Assembly: GCA_041690135.1 (NCBI GenBank)
Contig: JAWLHY010000005.1
Location: 128,001-192,000, forward strand
DNA: 64,000 nucleotides
Origin: Armatimonadota bacterium
Lineage (GTDB): Bacteria > Armatimonadota > SYMT01
Reading direction: 5' to 3'
A model generated the notes under the pieces. The model saw nothing but the letters and a program-made list of their open reading frames with translations. It was not told the origin of the DNA and did no database searches. Positions 8,315 to 17,294 of the stretch are shown here, in pieces (the first letter of the stretch is position 1; each line of letters begins with the position of its first letter). Made by a program: the position numbers and the translations under genes.

Positions 8315-9490
8315 TTGCGAGGCGCAGTGCCATCGGTCCGGTTCGCCAGGCGATTCCGCTGGTATCACTTCCTGATCCCGGCCGGCGTCCTGCTGCTTCC
8401 GGTCCTGCTCTTTTTCCTGCTTCAGGGCGGGAGCACGCCGCCCGCGGTTCGCTTCGAGGGCGGCCGCTGGGTCCGGGATGACGGTGAGTACGCCGGCGTG
8501 GAAGCGTGCCGCGAGTGCCATGCGTCGATCGTCGAGCAGCAACTCGCCTCCAGCCACGCGCAAACGATCCGTCCGCTGGATCGCGAGGCGCCGCGTGCGC
8601 CTCTCCAACCGGAGCAGCCGGTCATCGACCCGCTCACCGGAGCGCGTTACAGCGTTCGACCGGCCGGCGCCGGCGCGGAGATCGCGGTGGTGCTCGGGTC
8701 GGAGTCCGTCAGCCAGAAGCTGGACTACGAGTTTGGCTCCGGGGTGCACGCCTACGGGTACCTCTCGCGCGGAAGTGATGGGACCTGGATCGACGCGCGC
8801 CTCAACTACTACGACAAGATCCGCGGGTGGGACTTTACCTCGACCCAGGAAGATGCGGAGCCCCACCTGGTGCGACAGCCGCTTGGCCGCCCGCAGAAGC
8901 CCGCGGACGTGGTGCGTTGCTTCGCATGCCACAGCACCGTGGTGAGGGCGGACGGGCTGGAGCGGTCACCCGAGGACGGATCGGGACTCCGCGTCCGGCC
9001 CGATAAGAGCCTGTTGAACGTTACGTGCGAAAGCTGCCACGGCCCGCGCGCCCGGCACGTGCGGGAGCGCCGGGAGGGGCAACCGGTGGTCACGCCGGCC
9101 GCCCGCAGCGCCGACCAGCTCAACGAGGTCTGCGGGCGCTGCCACGGGCTGTCCAACATCGACCAGGCTCACCCCGTCATCGCCCGGTTTCAGCCGTGGG
9201 GCCTTGCGCAGAGCCGCTGTTTCCGCGCCAGTTCGGGGAAGCTCTCCTGCACCAGTTGTCACGATCCCCACTCCAATGCCCGTCGCGATGCCGCCTTTTA
9301 TGACGCGAAGTGTCTTGGCTGTCATTCACGCGCGCAGGATCCACGTCCGAACCTGACCACCTGTCCCGTCAACACGCGCTCCGGATGCGTCGGCTGTCAT
9401 ATGCCCAGCGACTCGAAGAGCATGCCGCACGTCACCTTCGTGGACCATCGCATTCGCGTGGTGCGGAAGTCGGAGGCCGACCGTCCATGA
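8315..9490 (+). CDS. Multiheme c-type cytochrome (c554-like domain, 7 CxxCH)
   Basis: CRECH, CFACH, CESCH(GP), CGRCH, CTSCH(DPH), CLGCH, CVGCH(MP); N-terminal TM; start may be GTG at 8327. Confidence 0.9.
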   Translation: MRGAVPSVRFARRFRWYHFLIPAGVLLLPVLLFFLLQGGSTPPAVRFEGGRWVRDDGEYAGVEACRECHASIVEQQLASSHAQTIRPLDREAPRAPLQPEQPVIDPLTGARYSVRPAGAGAEIAVVLGSESVSQKLDYEFGSGVHAYGYLSRGSDGTWIDARLNYYDKIRGWDFTSTQEDAEPHLVRQPLGRPQKPADVVRCFACHSTVVRADGLERSPEDGSGLRVRPDKSLLNVTCESCHGPRARHVRERREGQPVVTPAARSADQLNEVCGRCHGLSNIDQAHPVIARFQPWGLAQSRCFRASSGKLSCTSCHDPHSNARRDAAFYDAKCLGCHSRAQDPRPNLTTCPVNTRSGCVGCHMPSDSKSMPHVTFVDHRIRVVRKSEADRP

Positions 9491-11172
9491 AGGTGAGGAG
9501 CGTGCGGATCGGCTGGCTGATGGCGGCCGCGGGGGGATTGGTGGTTGGTGGCGCCGGCTGTCGGACCCAGGCCCGGCCCGCGGCGCCCCAGCCCCTGTTC
9601 ACCGAAGTGACCCGCGCCGCCGGGATCGAGTTTCAGCACGATAACGGCGCTTTCGGCAAAAAATACTACCCCGAGCGGATGGGTTCCGGCGTGGCCTTTT
9701 TCGACGCCGATGGGGATGGATCCCTCGACCTGTTCCTGGTCAACGGCGCCCCCTTGCCGGGGCATCCGAACCCCCGGCCCGCCCCCTCGCGACTGTACAT
9801 CAACCGGGGTGATGGGACGTTTGCGGATCGCACGCACGGATCCGGTTTGGAAGCGGTGGGGTACGGGATGGGCGTGGCGGCCGGGGACGTCGATAACGAT
9901 GGGGATACCGATCTGTACGTCACCCGGTTAGGGAAGAGTTCGCTCTATCTGAATCGGGGGGACGGAACTTTCGTGGACGGAACAGCATCCGCCGGCCTGG
10001 CCTGCGAGGGTTACTCCAGCAGTGCCGCCTTCCTGGATGGCGATGGGGATGGCTTGCTGGACCTGTACGTTTGCCGCTACGTGCCCTGGAACAGCCCCAA
10101 AGATGACTATGCGTGTCCCGACGCCCAGGGACGCAAGCAGTACTGCAGCGTCCACGTTTATCCCGGTCTCGAGCACCGCTACTACCGCAATCGCGGTGGC
10201 GGGAAGTTCGAGGATGTTACCGTCAAAGCAGGTCTGGGTGATCAGAGCGCGCGCGGCCTGGCGGTGGTCTGCGGTGACTACGATCGGGACGGAGATACGG
10301 ACCTGTTCGTGGCTAACGACGAAACGCCGAACTTCCTCTGGCGGAACGACGGGAAGGGCCGGCTCACGGAAGCCGCCGCCGCGTCCGCGTTCGCCTACAA
10401 CGAGCGCGGCATTCCCACTGCCGGCATGGGGCTCGACATCGCGGACGTGGACGGCGACGGCGACGACGATGTGATCGAATCCGACTTTCAGGGGCAGCGA
10501 AAGACGCTGTACGTCAACGACGGCCAGGGGTTTTTCATCCCGAACGCGGAGAACAAGGGCCTGGGGGATATGCCGCTCGATCGGCTTGGCTTCGGGATCG
10601 GCTTCCTTGATTTCGACCTGGATACCTGGCCGGATGTCTTCATTGCGAACGGGCACGTGAATGAGCTGCAGGACCCTTCGGCGCCGTACCGCCAGACGGC
10701 GCAGCTCTTCCGTAACGAAGGCGCCGGCGTTTTCTCGGATGTCAGCGCCCGGCTTGGGACCTACGGGAACACTCCTTACCTGGGCCGCGGAGCCGCCTTT
10801 GGGGATTTCGACAACGACGGAGACCCCGACATCCTCGTGGGCAACAACGGAGACCCCGCCGTGCTGCTCCGCAACGATGCCCCACGCGGGAACCACTGGT
10901 TGGGAATACGGTGCGTGGGGTCGCGCGGGAACCGCTCGGCCTACGGGGCTCGCGTGACCGTGACGGCGGGCGACCGGTCCCAATCCCTGGAGGTTCGCGC
11001 CGCACGGAGTTACGCCTCCAGCAGTGATCCGCGAGTTCTCTTCGGCCTCGGGAAGGCGCGTCGCGTCGATCGGATCACGGTGGAATGGCTGGGTGGGAAG
11101 CGGCAGGAGTGGTCCGACGTCCCGGCCGACCGCTACATCACGGTGACCGAAGACGCTGCCGACTTCCAGTAG
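9487..11172 (+). CDS. CRTAC1 family FG-GAP/ASPIC-UnbV lipoprotein
   Basis: ATGA overlap with the cytochrome stop; lipobox-like GGAGC; repeated D.DGDG.LDL Ca-binding loops; C-terminal NRSAYGARVTV...SY.SSSDPRVLFGLG (ASPIC/UnbV). Confidence 0.9.
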   Translation: MKVRSVRIGWLMAAAGGLVVGGAGCRTQARPAAPQPLFTEVTRAAGIEFQHDNGAFGKKYYPERMGSGVAFFDADGDGSLDLFLVNGAPLPGHPNPRPAPSRLYINRGDGTFADRTHGSGLEAVGYGMGVAAGDVDNDGDTDLYVTRLGKSSLYLNRGDGTFVDGTASAGLACEGYSSSAAFLDGDGDGLLDLYVCRYVPWNSPKDDYACPDAQGRKQYCSVHVYPGLEHRYYRNRGGGKFEDVTVKAGLGDQSARGLAVVCGDYDRDGDTDLFVANDETPNFLWRNDGKGRLTEAAAASAFAYNERGIPTAGMGLDIADVDGDGDDDVIESDFQGQRKTLYVNDGQGFFIPNAENKGLGDMPLDRLGFGIGFLDFDLDTWPDVFIANGHVNELQDPSAPYRQTAQLFRNEGAGVFSDVSARLGTYGNTPYLGRGAAFGDFDNDGDPDILVGNNGDPAVLLRNDAPRGNHWLGIRCVGSRGNRSAYGARVTVTAGDRSQSLEVRAARSYASSSDPRVLFGLGKARRVDRITVEWLGGKRQEWSDVPADRYITVTEDAADFQ

Positions 11173-12295
11173 CGGCCTGTGCTTTGGGCGCAAAAGGAGA
11201 ACGCGCCCGGATCCAGTGGTCCGCGAAGTAGGTGTATTTCTCCACCTTCACCTGGGGCATGTGGCAGGGAAGGCAACCTTTCTCCGGGCTGACGGGACAG
11301 TGGGCCTGCTTCGCGACGCCCTGCGTGTGGCAGCTCAGGCACTTCGCTTCATAGAAGGCCGGCTCGGACGGGCTATTACCATGCGGGTCGTGGCAGGTGG
11401 TGCAGCGGAAGTTCTTGGGGTCGGCCGTGTAACAGCGACTCTGCGAGATGCCGTAAACGTGGTACTTCACCGTTTTGGGGCTCGCCGGGTCCTCGGGAAT
11501 ACCCATCAGGGTTCCCTCCAGCGTAGCCGTCTCGTTGTGGCACTGCTGGCACAGCGCCATGAAGTTCTCGCTCGACCACTGGCCCGGGTTTTCAATAGCA
11601 GTTGTGGCGGATTTGGAGCGCATGGCCTCCACATGCGCGCGGCCCGGTCCGTGGCAACTCTCGCAGCGGACTCCCAGCTCGGTCGCTGCGGGATCGAGGG
11701 ATGCCCCGCGGAAGCCGATCCGCGTGGCGTGGCAGCCAAAGCATTTCTCCAACTCCTGGGTACTTACCGGCCAGCCGGCGGCGTGCTTCTGTCGCGTGGC
11801 GGCATCACCGAGGCCATGCATGGGGGAGAGATCCCAGCCGCCTTTTGCGTAGTACGTGAGGGAGAGATATTTCCATTCCTTGCCGTCGAAGCTCATCGGG
11901 CTGATGCCGTGGTGGCCGGAGCCCAGAAGGAAATCGAGGCTCGCGGAAGCAACTTCCGTCCCATTCCGGTGCACGACCTGGCGAAGGCGCTCACCGTCGG
12001 GCGCGAGGCGGTAATCCAGGCCCGCCTCGCGGTCCCGAACCAGGACGTCTTTGGCGTCGTCCGGCAGGGACTGCCGGTCTCCGGGGCGAAGTGTAAGCGC
12101 GTGGTGGGATTCGGCTTGACGTTGGAAGAGCTCGGCGTGGCATTCGGCGCAGGCAGGGGCGCCTACATAAGGACCGGCTTCTGCCGTGGTCGATGGGCTG
12201 GAGGCGCGGTGGGGCTTACTGCACCCGGCCCACATACAGGCAGCCAGGATTGTGGCGGCGACGGCGAGAACGAGATGGCAAGGCGGTCTCGGCAC
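11138..12295 (-). CDS. Multiheme c-type cytochrome lipoprotein (7 CxxCH), paralog of 8315..9490
   Basis: Lipobox WAGC; CAECH, CFGCH, CESCH(GPG), CQQCH, CTTCH(DPH), CLSCH, CLPCH(MP). Confidence 0.9.
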   Translation of the reverse strand: MPRPPCHLVLAVAATILAACMWAGCSKPHRASSPSTTAEAGPYVGAPACAECHAELFQRQAESHHALTLRPGDRQSLPDDAKDVLVRDREAGLDYRLAPDGERLRQVVHRNGTEVASASLDFLLGSGHHGISPMSFDGKEWKYLSLTYYAKGGWDLSPMHGLGDAATRQKHAAGWPVSTQELEKCFGCHATRIGFRGASLDPAATELGVRCESCHGPGRAHVEAMRSKSATTAIENPGQWSSENFMALCQQCHNETATLEGTLMGIPEDPASPKTVKYHVYGISQSRCYTADPKNFRCTTCHDPHGNSPSEPAFYEAKCLSCHTQGVAKQAHCPVSPEKGCLPCHMPQVKVEKYTYFADHWIRARSPFAPKAQAATGSRQRLRSP

Positions 12296-12452
12296 CTGCG
12301 TGGAACCTCAAAGAGAGTGGCGGAAGCTCACGGGAAACCCGTTGATGGGTCAATTTTCTTCCCGGCGCGCCGCAATCCCTCTCCTACGGGTAGTCGGAGC
12401 AGCGCCACGGGAACCGGAGTAGCGTCTTGAGAGAACGACTTAGGGAGAAAGG

Positions 12453-13718
12453 ATGAGCACCCGATCCTCCGCACACACGGCGCGAGGTTGGTCGTTCGCG
12501 GCTGCCTTGTTGGTGGCGGGCGCGCTAGGGGGCGCGGCGTGGTGGCGGTCGGCTATTCACCAGCCGCGGGCCGCGGTGCCGGCCCGGATGCCTATGCTAT
12601 CGCCCGGCCCCACCGGCGTCAGCTTGCGTGACCTCCAGCAGGCAGTACTGCTGGCCCGCCAGAACCCGAACAGCGCTCCCCTGGCGCTGGAAGCGGGCGC
12701 TCTAGCGGGGGAATTGAACGAACACGGCCAGGCGATGTACTGGTTTCGGCAGGCCGCCGCGCTCGACCCACGCTTGCTTCCCGCCATCACCGGGCAGGGC
12801 CAGGTATGGCTCGCCGTGGGCCGGCCCGCACGGGCCGCCGCGATGTACGAGCGGGCTCTCAAGCTGGCGCCGGATGAGCAGAGCCTGCTGCTGGAGTTGG
12901 CGCGCACCTACACGGCCTTGCGGGACTTCCCCGAGGCGCTGCGTTGCGCTCGCCGTGCCCAGGAGAAGGCTCCGGAAGACCCCGCGGTTTTGCGTGCGCT
13001 CGCCGCCATCTACGGCGAGTTGGTAATGACCGAAGAATGCTTGAAGGTGGCCCGTCGCGCCTGTGAGATTGCGTCCGCGGATGCGGAGAACTGGGTGCTT
13101 TTGGGGAGTCAATTACTGCGGGGGCAGAAATATGCGGAGGCGGAGGTCGCTCTTCGCCGGGCGCTGCAGCTCCAACCGGGAAACATCCCCGCCAATCTCT
13201 ACTGCGCTCGTGCCCTGATCGAGGGGAAGAAGACCCCGGAAGCCGACCGCGAGGCCTTTGCGCTGCTGGCTCGGATCCGGATATCCGAGCCAAACCATTC
13301 GCAGGCGCTCCTCATGATGGGCGGCATTCTCACCCGCGCCGGAAATCTCCCGCTGGCGATCAGCGTGCTGCGTCGTGCGCGGGAAGCCGACCCGCGGGAC
13401 CCTGCCATTCTGATTGCGTTGGGGCAGGCGTTGATCCGGGGTCGCCAGGCACAAGAAGGTGTTCGGCTGGTGACCCAGGGCCAGAAACTGGGGCCTCGCG
13501 GCGTCGGCTTTCTGGACCTGGAGGAGCTGGCCCGCAAGAACCCGGACCCCGGCCTCACCATGCGCCTGGCCGACCTCTACCGGCGCCAGGATCTGTACGA
13601 TCAGGCCGTACGTGTCCTGGAGCGGGGGCTTGCTCGGAAGCCGGGCCATCGCGAGATAGAGAAGCGTCTCCTCGCGGCCCGCGCGGAAGCGGACCGACTC
13701 AACCCACCGGGATTGTAA
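12453..13718 (+). CDS. Tetratricopeptide repeat protein with N-terminal membrane anchor
   Basis: Multiple helical repeats (A..YERALKLAP, AEVALRRALQLQP, A..VLRRAREADP); N-terminal hydrophobic segment. Confidence 0.85.
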   Translation: MSTRSSAHTARGWSFAAALLVAGALGGAAWWRSAIHQPRAAVPARMPMLSPGPTGVSLRDLQQAVLLARQNPNSAPLALEAGALAGELNEHGQAMYWFRQAAALDPRLLPAITGQGQVWLAVGRPARAAAMYERALKLAPDEQSLLLELARTYTALRDFPEALRCARRAQEKAPEDPAVLRALAAIYGELVMTEECLKVARRACEIASADAENWVLLGSQLLRGQKYAEAEVALRRALQLQPGNIPANLYCARALIEGKKTPEADREAFALLARIRISEPNHSQALLMMGGILTRAGNLPLAISVLRRAREADPRDPAILIALGQALIRGRQAQEGVRLVTQGQKLGPRGVGFLDLEELARKNPDPGLTMRLADLYRRQDLYDQAVRVLERGLARKPGHREIEKRLLAARAEADRLNPPGL

Positions 13719-13735
13719 CAGCGGCAAAATACGTG

Positions 13736-13774
13736 AAAAGAGCCCGCCCCGAAATCGACGGGGCGGGCTCTTTT
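13736..13774. terminator. Bidirectional rho-independent terminator
   Basis: AAAAGAGCCCGCCCCG-aaatcga-CGGGGCGGGCTCTTTT between convergent genes. Confidence 0.9.
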
Positions 13775-13802
13775 GCTTGGAGTTGGTCACCGGCTCCGGG
13801 GG

Positions 13803-14078
13803 TTAGTTGCCGCCGGAAGGCGGGGTGCCTATGGTGGCGGGGCCTCCCCCCCCACCACCGGATCGGGCGTTCTTCTGCATCTGTTGCCGGTACTCGTCGA
13901 CACTGGCGCCGCCCGGAGCCTCACCGCCACTCGCCGGCGCGGCCACGGGCGTTTGTTTCTCCGCCCCGCAGCCAGTTAGGCCTCCCGTCAGAGACACCAC
14001 CAGGGCTACACCAGCCAGGCTGCGAAAGAGTGCGGCGCCGGTGCGAACGTTCTTTTTAGGGCTCATGTCCTTGTTCAT
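13803..14078 (-). CDS. Small lipoprotein (DUF1559 partner)
   Basis: Lipobox LTGC followed by a low-complexity P/A/G tail with EYRQQMQK; directly downstream of the DUF1559 gene; start uncertain (14084/14078/14066). Confidence 0.7.
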   Translation of the reverse strand: MNKDMSPKKNVRTGAALFRSLAGVALVVSLTGGLTGCGAEKQTPVAAPASGGEAPGGASVDEYRQQMQKNARSGGGGGGPATIGTPPSGGN

Positions 14079-14110
14079 CCTCAAGCAGGGTCCGCTTTAC
14101 AGCTACTGTT

Positions 14111-14878
14111 CTACGGGCAGGTAGATGTAGGGATCGTGCGTCCATCGTCGGCGAGGTACGTGCCGTCGTTGGTCACCCAACAGCCGTTGGTGCCGGTGCG
14201 TCGGATGTTGTCGGTAAACCAGCCGGGATTGGTGCAGGGGAAGATCTGAGCGCAACGCAGCGTCTTCACGTGCCCGTCGGCGAACAGCATGTTCAGCTGG
14301 TTCTGGTGACGGGAAGAGAAGTCCTGTCGCCGTCCGAACCGGAAGGCGCCGGTGCGGCCTTCCACCCCGATCCACGCATTGGAGGTCATCACCCCGCCGG
14401 TCCCCGCGTCGTAGACCAGGAAAAACTCCGCGGGGGCGACGATCTCGGACATGTTCCAGTGACCGTATGACTTGAAGCCATAGGAGCCTCGGAGCGTTAC
14501 AGGGGGGACTTCCTGGGTGTCGGAATGCTGCCAGGGAGTGGCATCCGAAGGGCAAACCAGCACCTGATAGTTCTTGAGGTACGGCTGGAGCCTCTGCCCG
14601 TAAATCTGGCGGACTTCGGTACCGGCTCCTCCCGGAGGGGAAGTGTTAAAGGTGTTGGAGTTCCAGGAGTTGATGTTCGACCGCTCGTCGTAGTCTTGCA
14701 CGTACATCATCCAGGCATTGCCGATCTGCTTGAGATTGCTCGTGCAGGAGGCCTTCCGTGCCGTTTCTCGGGCCTGGGCGAACACCGGGAATAGGATTGC
14801 CGCCAGTATGGCTATGATGGCAATCACCACAAGCAGTTCGATCAGTGTGAAGCCGATCCGCTTTCTCTCGTGACTCAT
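14111..14878 (-). CDS. DUF1559 / prepilin-type N-terminal cleavage-methylation protein with H-X9-DG motif
   Basis: [43 protein letters not shown]; [16 protein letters not shown]; RBS GGGGAG before ATG 14878. Confidence 0.95.
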   Translation of the reverse strand: MSHERKRIGFTLIELLVVIAIIAILAAILFPVFAQARETARKASCTSNLKQIGNAWMMYVQDYDERSNINSWNSNTFNTSPPGGAGTEVRQIYGQRLQPYLKNYQVLVCPSDATPWQHSDTQEVPPVTLRGSYGFKSYGHWNMSEIVAPAEFFLVYDAGTGGVMTSNAWIGVEGRTGAFRFGRRQDFSSRHQNQLNMLFADGHVKTLRCAQIFPCTNPGWFTDNIRRTGTNGCWVTNDGTYLADDGRTIPTSTCP

Positions 14879-15077
14879 AAAGTCTCCCCTCGTCGGGTGC
14901 GAATGGAGTAAGGGTGGGCTCTCCAGCCCAGCTTCGTTTCTCTGCTTCGTTGGGTGGTACGGTCGCGACACCGCGACTTGATTAAATATTCCTCAGGTTA
15001 GGTGGCAGGCAGCGATGTTCCTGCAGGAGTTTTGCGAAAAAAAGCCGCTTTCCGAGCGTTTGCCGTCTCGGCCCCAC

Positions 15078-15548
15078 TCAGCGGGTCGCCACGTAGTCGA
15101 TCTTGATGATCTTCCATCCCGCGGCGAGGCGGTCCCATCGCAGTGTCAGCAGGTGTGCCGGATACTTGGCTTCCACGGTGACGGCGCCTCCCTCCAGAAA
15201 AACGATGTGAGGGTCGGCGATTTTGGGGTCCGGCCGGGGCGCCAGGTTTTTCAAAGTGCGGTCCTTCGGTCCCCCGTAATCCGCCACCAGGAAAGACACC
15301 AATCTGCCGTTCTTACGGACGGGACGCATATCTCCGGATTCTGGACCCACGTACTTTTCCGCCGTTGCGCCATCCCCTTTGGCGGCGGCCGCGAGGAAGT
15401 CGCGGGTGCCGCTTTTCACAGGTTCAAGGTTCCAGGCCTGGAGACGCGTAAAGGAACTGACTTCATCGCCATAGAAGCCCAGGCCCGCTACGGCCCCACC
15501 GACGACGACCACCAGCAGGCCGGCAATGACGGCATCTTTTGTCTTCAC
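15078..15548 (-). CDS. Hypothetical membrane-anchored protein
   Basis: GGAGG RBS 7 nt before GTG; N-terminal TM AVIAGLLVVVVGGAVAGLGF; C-terminal GWKIIKID reminiscent of NTF2-like folds. Confidence 0.6.
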   Translation of the reverse strand: MKTKDAVIAGLLVVVVGGAVAGLGFYGDEVSSFTRLQAWNLEPVKSGTRDFLAAAAKGDGATAEKYVGPESGDMRPVRKNGRLVSFLVADYGGPKDRTLKNLAPRPDPKIADPHIVFLEGGAVTVEAKYPAHLLTLRWDRLAAGWKIIKIDYVATR

Positions 15549-15596
15549 GTTCAATCCTCCGGTGCTTTCTGGCAGAGTTAGTGGCTTCTTCCTCGA

Positions 15597-17294
15597 TTAC
15601 CTCTGCAGAATCTGGTGCTCTTTCCCGGCGGACAGGTTTTTCAACGTCTCTGCTTTCCCGCCGGGCCAGTGGACCCGGACGGTCTCGGCCTGGGATCGCC
15701 GGTCGAGACCGAAGGTGAGCGGCAATTCCCCCTGCGAGCAGTAACTGCCGCCGCTTCGCACCTCCTGGACCTGGGTCTTCCCCTCGGCGACGACCTCCAC
15801 CCGAGCACCAATGGCGGACCGGTTGGCGGTTCGGCCGACGAGGCGAAGGCGAAGCCAGTTCGCGCGCGGGAGTCCTTCGTTTCGCAAAAGGTCGGGAGTG
15901 GCCCGGCAGTTTGCGACCAGCACGTCCAGGTCGCCGTCTCCGTCGTAGTCGGCAACGGCCACACCTCGCCCGATGCGCGGCCGGGCGACGTCCTCTCCGG
16001 CGGCGGAATCCGGCGCGAAGCCTCCGGCTCCGTCCCCTCGCAGGAAGAGCGCCGGTTGTGCGAATGTAACTCCCGGGTAAAAATGCTCCGCGGCCTCCGT
16101 TACGTGTCCATTGGCCACGAAAAGATCGGGAGATCCGTCCAGGTCGATGTCCGGAAATCCGAGGCCGAATCCGACGTAGGGGCTGGTGGCTTCAACCAAT
16201 CCTGCGCGGGCACTGATGTCTTCGAAGTGACCGGTGCCCAGATTGCGGTACAGTGCCAGGTATTCGCCGCTGAAGTTGGTGCAAGCCAGGTCGAGGTGAC
16301 CGTCTCCATCCACGTCGGCTCCTGCTATCCCCATGCTGGCCTGCGGCCGGCCGCCTTCCCCCAGTGCCACTCCGCGCTCCAGCCCTTCCTCCCGGAATGT
16401 CCCGTTTCCCTGGTTGATGAATAGGAAGTTGGCCGTCATGTCGTTGGCCACAAAAAGGTCCGGGTCGCCATCCGCATCCACGTCCGACCAGAGGCAGCCG
16501 AGACCACGGCCGGGTGTCACCGAAAGTCCGGCTTGTCGGGTGACGTCCGTGAAAGTACCGTCGCCGTTGTTGCGGTAGAGGATGTCCGGGAGCGCGGGAT
16601 AAACGCTGGGCCGGCAATAGACGCGCACCTCCCGGGTCCCATCGTTTGCCGTGCAAGGGACATCCCGCTCCGGCGTCCACCGCACATACCGGCACACGTA
16701 CAGGTCCAGGAGCCCGTCGCCGTTGTAGTCGGCGAAGGCGGCAGCGGAGCTGAATCCTCCCGCCCCGACGCCCGCGGCATCGGTGACGTCGGTGAAGGTG
16801 CCGTTGCCGTTGTTTCGGTACAGCGTGTTGCGGTCGAGTTGGGTGACGTAGAGATCCAGGTCCCCGTCGTTGTCCCAATCTCCCGCGCAACAGCCAATTC
16901 CATAACGGGTGCTGCCTACTCCTGCCGCCGAGGTGATGTCGGTGAACTTTCCCTGGCCTTCGTTGCGGTAGAGGCGGTCCCGGATGGGCGTCCCCAGGGA
17001 GAGGCCGGGGAGCGGCGCCCCGTTGACCAGGAAAACGTCCGGGCGTCCGTCCCCCGTGAAGTCCGCAAAGGCGCAACCGGGTCCCATCACTTCGGGGAAG
17101 TACTTCTTGCCGGAGGATCCGTCCGTGTGCTCGAAGTCGATTCCGGCCTGCTCCGTGGTCCGCACGAAGCGTGCTGCTTTGGGAGCCGGATGGGGGCGCA
17201 TCGTCGCCGAGCTGCGGGCTTTGCCGGTGCAGCCGGACAGGAACGCCGCCAGCAGAATGCACACCCATCGGAATGGCGTGCCACCGTTTCTCAT
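15597..17294 (-). CDS. CRTAC1 family FG-GAP/ASPIC-UnbV lipoprotein
   Basis: Lipobox LSGC; FG-GAP D.DGDGD.DL loops; NRSAIGARVEV...EVRSGGSYCSQGELPLTFGL. Confidence 0.9.
   Translation of the reverse strand: MRNGGTPFRWVCILLAAFLSGCTGKARSSATMRPHPAPKAARFVRTTEQAGIDFEHTDGSSGKKYFPEVMGPGCAFADFTGDGRPDVFLVNGAPLPGLSLGTPIRDRLYRNEGQGKFTDITSAAGVGSTRYGIGCCAGDWDNDGDLDLYVTQLDRNTLYRNNGNGTFTDVTDAAGVGAGGFSSAAAFADYNGDGLLDLYVCRYVRWTPERDVPCTANDGTREVRVYCRPSVYPALPDILYRNNGDGTFTDVTRQAGLSVTPGRGLGCLWSDVDADGDPDLFVANDMTANFLFINQGNGTFREEGLERGVALGEGGRPQASMGIAGADVDGDGHLDLACTNFSGEYLALYRNLGTGHFEDISARAGLVEATSPYVGFGLGFPDIDLDGSPDLFVANGHVTEAAEHFYPGVTFAQPALFLRGDGAGGFAPDSAAGEDVARPRIGRGVAVADYDGDGDLDVLVANCRATPDLLRNEGLPRANWLRLRLVGRTANRSAIGARVEVVAEGKTQVQEVRSGGSYCSQGELPLTFGLDRRSQAETVRVHWPGGKAETLKNLSAGKEHQILQR

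Noticed and set aside
8315-12295. Nitrification or anammox role for the c554-like cytochromes
   Set aside because: No hao, amo, nrf or quinol-oxidising partners nearby; the context is CRTAC1/TPR.
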